DNA from: an uncultured bacterium
GTDB lineage: Bacteria > Patescibacteriota > Saccharimonadia > Saccharimonadales > Saccharimonadaceae
Assembly (NCBI GenBank): GCA_963527165.1
Contig: CAURQO010000001.1
Coordinates: 1 to 47,192, forward strand
DNA length: 47,192 bases
Reading direction: 5' to 3'
Shown: piece after piece, positions 38,387 through 47,136 of the stretch
Layout: every line of letters begins with the position of its first letter
How positions within the stretch are numbered: the first letter of the stretch is position 1
Notes under the pieces: generated by a model
The model's input: the letters and a program-made list of their open reading frames with translations, nothing else
Database searches by the model: none
What the model was told of the DNA's origin: nothing
Position numbers and translations under genes: made by a program

Positions 38387-38791
38387 ATGCAAATAACAGT
38401 TGGTGAAATTGGGACTTTTATTGCATTTCTGGTTGGGTTAATTGGCGGAGTTTTAACACTTTTTCGCCACGCTAAAAATGGATTGAAAGAAATGCTCAAA
38501 GGAGAGTTCGAAGGGGTAAATGAAAATTTTGATTCTGTTCGCAGAGAAATTCACGAAGTTCGAGATATTGGGAAGAATAACGCCAAGAACGGCAAGCGTA
38601 ACGAAATTTTGTTAATGATTAATGTTCAGCCTGAAAAAGTTGATGAAATCGAGCGAGCGTTCGAAGAGTATAAGGCGTTAGGAGGTAATGGCTATGTGGA
38701 CAGTTTGATTGAGGCTTGGCGAGAAGAATATGAGAAAGATTTAATCAAGGCAAGAATTAAAAGAAAGGAAAACAATGGACAAAGTAATTGA
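38387..38791 (+). CDS. Holin-like protein
   Basis: N-terminal TM, coiled coil, YKALGGNGY motif, directly before the lysin. Confidence 0.7.
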   Translation: MQITVGEIGTFIAFLVGLIGGVLTLFRHAKNGLKEMLKGEFEGVNENFDSVRREIHEVRDIGKNNAKNGKRNEILLMINVQPEKVDEIERAFEEYKALGGNGYVDSLIEAWREEYEKDLIKARIKRKENNGQSN

Positions 38792-40142
38792 TTGGTTTCA
38801 ACAAAGACAGAGCAGAGTTAGCTATTCGATGGACTATAGAAATGGCCCTAATTCTTATGACTGTAGTTCTGCCGTTTATCACGCATTGATTTATGCTGGA
38901 ATTTTATCACAAGGTTTCCGAATCGGAAATACTGAAACAATGTTTGTAGACCTGCCAAAGTTTGGTTTTCAGAGAATTGAGGCGGATGCAAATGGTTATA
39001 TTCCGACACAAAGGGGTGATATCTTTATTTGGGGCAAGCAAGGACAAACTAGTGGAGCAGGCGGACACACTGGAATTTACCTTGATAGCGATAATATTAT
39101 TCATTGTTCATATGGATATAATGGAATTCATACTGACAATCACGACTGGTTGGCAGGCATTAACGGTGTTCAAGATTTGACAATCTTCCGCTATACTGGC
39201 AAACCACAAAATGCACCAGCACCACAACCACAACCAGAAGTTATTGATGATGTAATCAATATTGGTTCGCACTTTAAGATTGATAAATCAATGCGAGTGG
39301 CGGAAGTTAATATTCATGAAGATCGAAGAGAGCTAAAAATCGATGCTCTTTGTCCAAGAGGTTTCACTTGGGCAGAAAATGGTATTCCAGCTAACTGGGC
39401 AGTCAAGGTTGATAGCGATGGTTATAAAATCGATGGTGAAATTAACGCAGGTGATTTGGTTAAAATTCAAGGTGCTTTTGTCGCTCAGGAAGTGGTTCAA
39501 AATGACGGAATGTGGTTTGCGCGAGTAAAACGTGATGGTATTGATGTTTGGATGGAATTGACACCAGTATCAGAAGTGTCAGCTGGTGATAAAGGAACGA
39601 TTACCGAATATCGCCCAGCTCCACAGCCGGTTGAAGAACCAAAACCAGCTGAGCCAGTTGTGGAAAACCCTGCGGAAAACCATATTGCTGATGTCAGCAA
39701 AATGGTCGAAGATAAGCCTAAACCAGAAGAAAAACCAGCTGAAAACCAAGGGTTAACAGTCCAAGAAGAGGAGAAAAAAGATATGTCGCACAATTTAGAA
39801 AATAGCGGAAATGCTGAAAATTCTAAAAAAGCAGAGAAAAAGCAGTTAATTCAAATTAATGCAAGACCATTAACAGAAGGAGAGTTAAAAATGTTGGAAG
39901 ATTTACAGAAAAATACAGTTGAGAACATCGCAAATACGGATTATGAGCCACGAATTAGCGAAAAAGCTAAAACAACAGTCTATTTTATCGCTGACCTTGG
40001 GATTTTGACAAATATGCTAATTGCAACAATTTGTGTAATTTTAATTCCAAACGCCACGAAAGAGATTTTGGCGATTAGTGGCGCAATCGCTACAGCTTTT
40101 GCGGGACTAAAGCCAATTTTCAAGTTAGGGGCTAAAAAATAA
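38775..40142 (+). CDS. Endolysin (NlpC/P60, Amidase_5-like) with P/E-rich linker and C-terminal TM helices
   Basis: YSMDYRNGPNSYDCSS, GNTETM, RGDIFIWG, GGHTG, IIHC. Confidence 0.9.
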   Translation: MDKVIDWFQQRQSRVSYSMDYRNGPNSYDCSSAVYHALIYAGILSQGFRIGNTETMFVDLPKFGFQRIEADANGYIPTQRGDIFIWGKQGQTSGAGGHTGIYLDSDNIIHCSYGYNGIHTDNHDWLAGINGVQDLTIFRYTGKPQNAPAPQPQPEVIDDVINIGSHFKIDKSMRVAEVNIHEDRRELKIDALCPRGFTWAENGIPANWAVKVDSDGYKIDGEINAGDLVKIQGAFVAQEVVQNDGMWFARVKRDGIDVWMELTPVSEVSAGDKGTITEYRPAPQPVEEPKPAEPVVENPAENHIADVSKMVEDKPKPEEKPAENQGLTVQEEEKKDMSHNLENSGNAENSKKAEKKQLIQINARPLTEGELKMLEDLQKNTVENIANTDYEPRISEKAKTTVYFIADLGILTNMLIATICVILIPNATKEILAISGAIATAFAGLKPIFKLGAKK

Positions 40143-40642
40143 TGGCTAAATTAACTTTACCGCATCCAAATAAGGATTTTGTGCCACTATCTCCACTAAC
40201 GGCACAAGAACTTGATGAAATGGTGGCTAATAATAAAGCGGTGGCTGATTTTGCAAACGGCTTAGCAAGTGGAAAAAATATTGATGATAGTTCTATTGAA
40301 CCAAATAAACTCAAACAATCTAACGTTCAGATTATTCAATCTGGAAATTTAGCTACTCAATATAAAACACAACAAGTTCACACGCAGTGGTTTGATCAGG
40401 AATATTGGAATTCTAACTTCTTCCGCCAAAGGAATGAAAAGACTAGAATTGAGTTTCCTAAAGCATTTAAAAATCCACCAGCTGTGGCGGTTCAGATCTT
40501 GAACACGGGGATAATTCCGCTGACCGTGTTTAATACAGTGGCAACTACAACTTATGTAGAGTTTAAGATGGTATCTATAGCAAGAATCAATCAGGAGCTT
40601 GATGTTACTGCTTCAGTGATTGCGACAGGAGAGTTGGCTTAG
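40142..40642 (+). CDS. Putative tail-fibre / lectin-like protein
   Basis: IEFPKAFKNPPAVAV...VIATG C-terminal motif. Confidence 0.5.
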   Translation: MAKLTLPHPNKDFVPLSPLTAQELDEMVANNKAVADFANGLASGKNIDDSSIEPNKLKQSNVQIIQSGNLATQYKTQQVHTQWFDQEYWNSNFFRQRNEKTRIEFPKAFKNPPAVAVQILNTGIIPLTVFNTVATTTYVEFKMVSIARINQELDVTASVIATGELA

Positions 40643-40695
40643 TTGTAATTAATAAAAGCTAAAGAAATAAAAGTTTACTAATTTAATGTTTTCTA

Positions 40696-40730
40696 AAAAA
40701 CCGCTGTTGAAGCGGTTTTTATTTTTTTAT
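40696..40730 (+). terminator. Late-operon terminator
   Basis: AAAAACCGCT-loop-AGCGGTTTTT followed by a T-run. Confidence 0.8.
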
Positions 40731-40756
40731 TGCTTAGCATTTTTTTAATGAAAAGT

Positions 40757-40913
40757 TTGACTTTTGAGAAAATATAATATATAATTAAAAGTGATTAGTG
40801 CAAATATCACTAAAATCACTCCACGTCGCGGTAAAACGACGATATTGGAGTGATTTTTCTTTGAAAATAAATACTTCGAATTTTACTCTAAAATAACAAT
40901 AGATGGAGTAAAT
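40757..40913 (+). promoter_or_regulatory. Promoter and structured leader of ORF 40914
   Basis: TTGACT-N17-TATAAT (40757-40785), 12-bp stem 40812-40823/40846-40857 with a T-run, RBS-occluding stem 40882-40890/40904-40912. Confidence 0.65.
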
Positions 40914-41321
40914 ATGAAAAAAATAACAATTATTCGCGATGATTTGCGAAATTCAAAAATGCGTGAAGCTCTTGGCGATGCAACTAAATTTATAGATGGC
41001 AATAGTTTTTTGCCGATGTTTCGAAATCGCCAGAAGAATTTTAGCAAAGAGTTCGAGGCGAGCGTGAAAATGATGAAAAATGCGTCTTTTGCGGGTAAAA
41101 TTAAAGATAAAAAGGGTTATTTTGCGAAAATTTGGAGTAAGAAAAACCTTGAAAAAACTTTAAAAATAATGCGAGAATTTCTAAATAGACAAATTTCAAA
41201 ATTAGCTGAAAAGCGAGAGCGGAAAAAACAAAATGAATGCGATGAAATAACCTCGAAAAGCTTTAATAATTCTAGCTACGCTAAATTTCAAGCAATGAAA
41301 CATAATTTTAATTTAAGTTAA
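40914..41321 (+). CDS. Hypothetical basic protein upstream of the integrase
   Basis: GGAG RBS, 135 aa, Lys-rich. Confidence 0.7.
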   Translation: MKKITIIRDDLRNSKMREALGDATKFIDGNSFLPMFRNRQKNFSKEFEASVKMMKNASFAGKIKDKKGYFAKIWSKKNLEKTLKIMREFLNRQISKLAEKRERKKQNECDEITSKSFNNSSYAKFQAMKHNFNLS

Positions 41322-41592
41322 TTTACAACAATTTGACAAAACTATAAAAACACTTTGTGGAAGTGTTGTTTGTTGCGTTTTAGCTAAATTATTATATAAT
41401 ATTTTCTAATATCTGTAAAATATAAGGAAATAAAATGTAAATTTGTAAAATATTAAAACATTGAACGCAATTTTTATCAATAGAAGATTCTGAAATGGAG
41501 GGGAAATTTTTAGCAAATTTTAACGAAGTTTAGTTCTATATAGAATTTCTGTTTAATTCTTTTTAATTTTATATAGAGCGAGAGGAGATGAA

Positions 41593-42513
41593 ATGATTAA
41601 TGAACAAATTGAAACATATTTAAATTGGTGCGAGAATATCACAAACTTAACAGAGCAAACAATTGGAACGAAGAAGTTTATTTTGCGGATATTTGTAAAG
41701 CAGACGATGATTGATGATATCTTTGAACTTGATTTGGAGACTTTTATTGAGTGGAAAAATGGGATGCTCTCGGGCAATTTGACAGGTAGGACTTATGGCG
41801 TGGAAACAATAAACACACGACTAAAAACTTTGCGGTGCTTTTTGAGGTGGGCAGTGGAGTATTATGAGAGAAGACCAAAAATCAGACCGATTATGATTCA
41901 GAAAATTAAATCAGTAAACAAAACACCAGATTATATCTTTTATCGTGAGAATGAAATTAAATATGTTTTGAAAAGTTCACCAGAGTTCGAGAAACTTTCA
42001 ATTGCTTTGTTGTTCGAAAGTGGTCTACGGATTTCAGAATTTCGAAATATTAAGGTTGGCGATATTGATTTTGAAAAGGGGAGAATTGCGATAATTGGTA
42101 AAGGGCGAAAGTTTGGCTATGTTTATTTTTCGTTCAGAACCAGCTTAAAACTTGAGAATTATATTGCTAAAAATGGACTTTTCGACCACGATTTCTTATG
42201 GAGAAGCCCTGCGAGCGCTTCTGGACAACCTTTGACTGTAAAGGCGATCCGAAAGCGCTTAAAACGGCAATTTGAACGATGCGGATTTAAGAATTTTCAC
42301 CCGCACCAACTTCGACATTCTTTCGCGACTAATTTAGCCGAACGGGGTGCAGATATTTATGAAATTCAGCAGCTATTACGACACGCAGATATTCGAACGA
42401 CTCAAATTTACCTTCATCACCTTCAAAATAAACTTGGTAATTCTTATCGAAGAATTTTCAACGAAGAGATTTACTACTTTAAAATACCTTTTTCAGAAAA
42501 AACTTATGTTTAG
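41593..42513 (+). CDS. Tyrosine recombinase / integrase
   Basis: SGLRISE, GKGRK, HPHQLRHSFAT, LLRH, TTQIY. Adjacent to attR. Confidence 0.95.
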   Translation: MINEQIETYLNWCENITNLTEQTIGTKKFILRIFVKQTMIDDIFELDLETFIEWKNGMLSGNLTGRTYGVETINTRLKTLRCFLRWAVEYYERRPKIRPIMIQKIKSVNKTPDYIFYRENEIKYVLKSSPEFEKLSIALLFESGLRISEFRNIKVGDIDFEKGRIAIIGKGRKFGYVYFSFRTSLKLENYIAKNGLFDHDFLWRSPASASGQPLTVKAIRKRLKRQFERCGFKNFHPHQLRHSFATNLAERGADIYEIQQLLRHADIRTTQIYLHHLQNKLGNSYRRIFNEEIYYFKIPFSEKTYV

Positions 42514-42648
42514 GTATTGACTTTTTAGCTCGGGTGTGATATTATAGGAACATAAGACGCAGAAAGCGTTAAGTAAATGAAAATATGGACTTTTATCACT
42601 GCTGATAAAGTCTATACACCCAAATACTCTTATTGGTTGGCAGGGTTC

Positions 42649-42733
42649 TGGTCCTGGCATTCGGGGGTTCGAATCCCTCCATCCCAGCCAAATTAAGAAC
42701 ACGAGTTAGGTATATAAACTGACTCGTGTTTTT
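42649..42733 (+). repeat. attR direct repeat (3' half of tRNA-Gln plus terminator)
   Basis: Matches 14037-14121 at 83/85 positions. Confidence 0.95.
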
Positions 42734-43125
42734 ATTTTTTTTTGGGGGGGGGGGTATTAGTATAATTAATATTTTAAAAATATATAATGTATTTAAAAAA
42801 GAAAGAGCTTTTATGGAAGTAGTAAAATAGAAAAATATTCAGAAAATATTATTAAAGCTTGTTTATAAATTGGCTTGAAAATAATGGTTGATTTAGCTAT
42901 TTTAATTTTCCACTGTATTATAATGGAATTTTTTGATTGAATGAAAAACTTTTCGAAAATATTACACCCTTATTTTACAGACAAGCATTCAAAAAGATAT
43001 TTTTAAAGAATATAATTTTGAACTATAGATAGGTACATATAGCTAAAGTTGTTTGAAAGAACGGCTTATTTTAAATAAAAATAAAATCGCTAATCTTTCA
43101 AAAAGCGATTTATAATAATTTCTTT

Positions 43126-43200
43126 TGGTGATCTTACCGGGAATCGAACCCGGATTGCCAGGATGAAAACCTGGTGTCCTAACCGTTAGACGATAAGACC
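43126..43200 (-). tRNA. tRNA-Glu(TTC)
   Basis: Reverse complement gives GGTCTTATCGTCTAACGGTTAGGAC-ACCAGG-TTTTCAT-CCTGG...GGTTCGATTCC...CCA. Confidence 0.95.
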
Positions 43201-43312
43201 ATTGAGCTGAGCTTTGGGGTGATAAAGCAACAACTCTTTATCATTATATCAAACTTTAAAAAATAAATCAACCCCTTTTTAAATAAAAATAAAAGTGTTA
43301 TAATGGAAGAGT

Positions 43313-44743
43313 ATGGAAAAAAATATTTACAAACGAACAAAGATTTTGGCTACGATCGGCCCAGCAAGCGACAGCCCTGAAATGATCGAAAAACTTATTA
43401 ACGCAGGAATTAATGGTGCGCGATTGAACTTTTCACATGGTTCATATGATGAGCATGCTGCAAAAATTAAAGCAGTTCGCGAAATTAGTGAAAAGCTTGG
43501 TCGTGAAATTGCAGTTTTGCAAGACTTACAAGGTCCAAAAATTCGTCTTGGGGACATCGTCGATAATCGATTTGATGTTGTTGAAGGTGATGAATTGGTT
43601 CTTGATTATGCAATTGAACGACATGATGGTTCAGCAAATCTTCCAGTTCAATACAACTTGGCAGAAAAAGTTAAAGTTGGTGAGCCTGTTTATATTTTTG
43701 ACGGAAAAGTTCGAACGGAGGTTATTGAAATTCCTTCAAATACAGCAATTAAATTACGTGTTTTGAATAAGGGAACTTTGATGAGTCGAAAAGGTTTGAA
43801 CTTGCCAGATACAGATTTTGGTGGCGATGTTATTACTGAAAAAGATATGCGTGACCTTGAATTTGGCGCAACCCAAGATATTGACTATGTTGCAATGAGC
43901 TTTGTGCAAACCGCTGAAGATATTGAAAACGTTCGCCAACTTCTTGTAAGCCATAATAGCGAAGCACAAGTTATTGCGAAAATTGAGACTAAAAAAGCTG
44001 TCTCTGATGAAGAACTTGAAAAAATCGTTCTTGCCGCTGATGGTGTGATGATTGCTCGCGGTGATATGGCTTACGAAGTTGCGCCAGAAGTTGTGCCAAT
44101 TATTCAACGAAAAGCTGTAGCTCTTTGTCGAAAACATGGTAAAATTTCTATTGTTGCAACTCAAACAATGGGTTCAATGGTTGATAACCCACAGCCTTCA
44201 CGAGCAGAAGTTTCAGACGTTGCTAATGCAGTGATTCAGGGCGCTGATGTGGTAATGCTTTCAGATGAATCTGCGACCGGTAAATATCCAGAAGAAACTG
44301 TAAAAGCAATGCGCGATGTAATTATGTACACACAAGAGCATGCTGCTGTTTCTCCTATTGATGATATTGTTGAACGCGGAAACGATGAAGCACTAAATGC
44401 AATTTCACTCGCTGCAGTTGAACTTGCTGAACAAATTAATGCCGACGCATTGATTGTTGAAACAAAATCTGGTCAAACTGCTGCAACTGCGGCTGCAAAT
44501 CGTCCAGCTCTTCCAATTTATGCTGTAACAAGTTCAAATCGCGTTGCTCAACAACTTGGCTTGAATTATGCAACTCGAAGTTTTGTACGCCCAGATGGTG
44601 AATTTGCTGGTCTTGAACTTGCGAAAGAATTAAAAGCTAATCAAACTTTTGGCGCTAAAGAAAAAGTAACGGTTGTTATTGTTTCTGGTCGTCAACCTGG
44701 ATTGGTTGGTGGAACAGATACTATTCGTGTTCGAACAATTTAA
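43313..44743 (+). CDS. pyk: Pyruvate kinase
   Basis: TKILATIGPAS, ARLNFSHG, DLQGPKIR, AKIE, MIARGDM, VMLSDES. Confidence 0.97.
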   Translation: MEKNIYKRTKILATIGPASDSPEMIEKLINAGINGARLNFSHGSYDEHAAKIKAVREISEKLGREIAVLQDLQGPKIRLGDIVDNRFDVVEGDELVLDYAIERHDGSANLPVQYNLAEKVKVGEPVYIFDGKVRTEVIEIPSNTAIKLRVLNKGTLMSRKGLNLPDTDFGGDVITEKDMRDLEFGATQDIDYVAMSFVQTAEDIENVRQLLVSHNSEAQVIAKIETKKAVSDEELEKIVLAADGVMIARGDMAYEVAPEVVPIIQRKAVALCRKHGKISIVATQTMGSMVDNPQPSRAEVSDVANAVIQGADVVMLSDESATGKYPEETVKAMRDVIMYTQEHAAVSPIDDIVERGNDEALNAISLAAVELAEQINADALIVETKSGQTAATAAANRPALPIYAVTSSNRVAQQLGLNYATRSFVRPDGEFAGLELAKELKANQTFGAKEKVTVVIVSGRQPGLVGGTDTIRVRTI

Positions 44744-44831
44744 ACTTAAATATAAAAATAAGCACTCAATTGAATGCTTATTTTTATACGCAAAAAATAA
44801 ATTAGCCAATCTTTCGAAAGGCTAATTTTGG

Positions 44832-45767
44832 TTATTTTATAATTATCGTTCCGAGATTTTTCGAAATTGCATCTTGGGCATTTTCAAGGCTTGTGATAAT
44901 TGCTTTTTTGCCGGTTTGTGCAAATTTGAGCGAAGCTTGAACTTTTGGAAGCATTGAGCCTGCGCCAAATTGTTCATCATTGATATATTTCTGAGCTTCT
45001 TCAACCGAAATTACACCAAGCGCCTGTTGATTTTCTTTACCAAAATTAATCATCGCATTATCAACACCTGTTAAAATTAGAAGTGTGTCGGCGTTGATTT
45101 TTTCAGCTAACAATTCTGCTGCGAAATCTTTATCAATAACTGCGTCGATTCCTTCGAAAGAATTTTCGCCAGATTTTACAACAGGAATCCCACCACCGCC
45201 AGCCGCAATAACAATTGCTCCAGTTTTCATTAAATTAATAATCGCTTCGGCTTCGAGAATATGAATCGGTTTTGGTGAAGGAACAACCCTGCGCCACCCA
45301 CGCCCAGAATCTTCCTTAACTGTATAGCCTTTTTCTTCGGCAACTTTTTGTGCTTCATCTTCTGAATAAAATGGGCCAATTGGTTTTGTTGGATTCTGAA
45401 AAGCTGGATCTTCTTTTGAAACTTCAACTTGTGTAATTATAGTTGTAGCATTTTTCGAAATTTTGTTTTTCGAAAGCTCTTCTTGTAGTGCTTTTTGAAT
45501 CCAGTATCCAATCATTCCTTGAGTCATTCCAACGCTTACGTGAAGTGGCATTGCAGGTGTTGAAGGGGAATTTCCAGCTTCTTCATGAAGAACGAGATTT
45601 CCGACTTGCGGTCCATTTCCATGAACAATCACAAGCTCATGACCGTCTTTGATAAGTGGGATTAATTTTTGAACAGTTTCTTTTGCGACTTCTTCTTGAA
45701 TTTGAGCAGTTAGTTCACCATTTTTTTGTAATGCGTTTCCACCAAGGGCGACAACAATTTTTGACAT
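44832..45767 (-). CDS. arcC: Carbamate kinase
   Basis: VALGGNAL, HGNGPQVG, NPTKPIGPFY, WRRVVPSP, GGGGIPV, AVIDKD, GSMLPK. Confidence 0.96.
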   Translation of the reverse strand: MSKIVVALGGNALQKNGELTAQIQEEVAKETVQKLIPLIKDGHELVIVHGNGPQVGNLVLHEEAGNSPSTPAMPLHVSVGMTQGMIGYWIQKALQEELSKNKISKNATTIITQVEVSKEDPAFQNPTKPIGPFYSEDEAQKVAEEKGYTVKEDSGRGWRRVVPSPKPIHILEAEAIINLMKTGAIVIAAGGGGIPVVKSGENSFEGIDAVIDKDFAAELLAEKINADTLLILTGVDNAMINFGKENQQALGVISVEEAQKYINDEQFGAGSMLPKVQASLKFAQTGKKAIITSLENAQDAISKNLGTIIIK

Positions 45768-45873
45768 CTATTTTCCTTTTTGTTTTTATTTTATTAACTA
45801 ATTATGTTTAAATTATAGCATAAGTTTTATTAAATGTCAATAGTTTTATTTTTTTAGAATAACATCTGAAGGC

Positions 45874-46647
45874 TTGGGCAGATTGGATCGCCAACGGGAC
45901 ATTTGGCGTGGTAATGTTGAAAATAACTATGCTAACCAGCTAAACGACCTTGAGAATAGCTACACCCAAAGCAAGGGCGCCTATGAGATGAACAAACGAG
46001 ATTCAGAAGCTCAGAACCGTGCAGTGCGTTCACAAATCATGGAAGACGCAAACAACCAAACTAACTCTTTGCGCCAAATGTTTGCAGCAGGTGGAGCTGG
46101 AGATTCAAGCGCAGCACAAATTGTTGCTCCTTGGGCGGTTGGTTTGGAGGCGAGCCGAAACGCCGGAAGTGCACAAGATGCTTTCGCCCGAGATCGCCGA
46201 AACCAAGACTTGGAGTTTGCTAGCGCAACTAATGCATACAACAAGAACAAGAAAAACTGGGAAACAAACCGCCAAGATGCGCTAAATAACGTTGATTCGC
46301 AAATTGAAAGTAGCCGAATTGACCTAAATAACCGCATTATGGATGCAAGGCAGAAACAAAAGACTGCCAATGGCCAAGGGTTGCAGAGTGCGATAGACCA
46401 AACACGGGATCTATCTAACCAGATTAGCAACAGCCAGAATAGAATTTTGGATTTGAGTAAGGAAACACCAAAAGCCCTTGAAAAAGTGGAATTTAAAGCA
46501 CCAAAGCTTAGCGATTATAGCGAAAATGTGCAAGGTGTGAAAGTGGATAGCGGAAACCCAGACCAGGCAGGACTACAAGACCAGCTTGACCCACGGCTTG
46601 CTGCGTTGCTTGATCCAAATAAGAAGAAAAAGGATTTGCAGGCGTAG
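45874..46647 (+). pseudogene. Probably 5'-truncated phage-like coiled-coil protein gene
   Basis: TTG start with no clear RBS, abrupt shift to higher GC, Q/N/A-rich helical product (AGGAGDSSAA). Confidence 0.5.
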
Positions 46648-46957
46648 AAAAGGGAAGGCGAAAGCAGTTTAATATTGAAGAAATATACAAGATATTGAAT
46701 AACGAGATTATAGACTAAAAATAGACCAGATCGCCGAGTCCTATGCAGGACACGACCGCTGGTCTATTTATTTTTGTAAGCCTTACTATTTAGATCTTAT
46801 CATATTTAAGCTAAAAAGTCAATATTCTTTTTAGAGATAGCTTCATTAATGATAATAAAAGTAAAACAGCCCGCATTCCCTGGACCAGACCCAGGTGCGT
46901 AGCTGTTTTATACTTCAATAATATCATAAGTCGTCTAAAAAATCAAGGATATTGAAC

Positions 46958-47018
46958 AACCTCAATAAGAAATCTTGAATTCTATATAATACTTGGTGAT
47001 AAAATTATTAAGAAATAA
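46958..47018 (+). repeat. Diverged copy of the last 61 bp of the prophage portal-MuF-toxin gene
   Basis: 57/61 identical to 26305-26365. Confidence 0.92.
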
Positions 47019-47136
47019 GAAAAGAGTGATATTGCAATCCCGAACCAATTCCGGGGCAATATCACTCTATACTTTAATACTATCATAAAATAGCTAAAAA
47101 GTCAATATCCTTTTTGAAGGTGGCTTTATTAATGGC

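Larger units (their letters stand above)
14037..42733 (+). mobile_element. Siphovirus-like prophage (~28.6 kb) integrated in tRNA-Gln
   Basis: att repeats, tyrosine integrase next to attR, terminase, portal, capsid, tail, tape measure and lysis genes. Confidence 0.96.

Noticed and set aside
37299..40642. Diversity-generating retroelement acting on tail genes
   Set aside because: No reverse transcriptase and no template/variable repeat pair noticed.
42649..42690. Second tRNA-Gln gene
   Set aside because: Only the 3' half is present, with no acceptor 5' strand or D arm. It is attR.
42735..42754. T9-G11 homopolymer as a phase-variable promoter
   Set aside because: No intact downstream ORF in 42755-43110. 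It could be a sequencing artefact or decayed DNA.
44758..44785. CIRCE-like TAAGCACTC after pyk
   Set aside because: Lacks the 9-bp spacer and the second arm. It is a short hairpin with a T-run, consistent with the pyk terminator.
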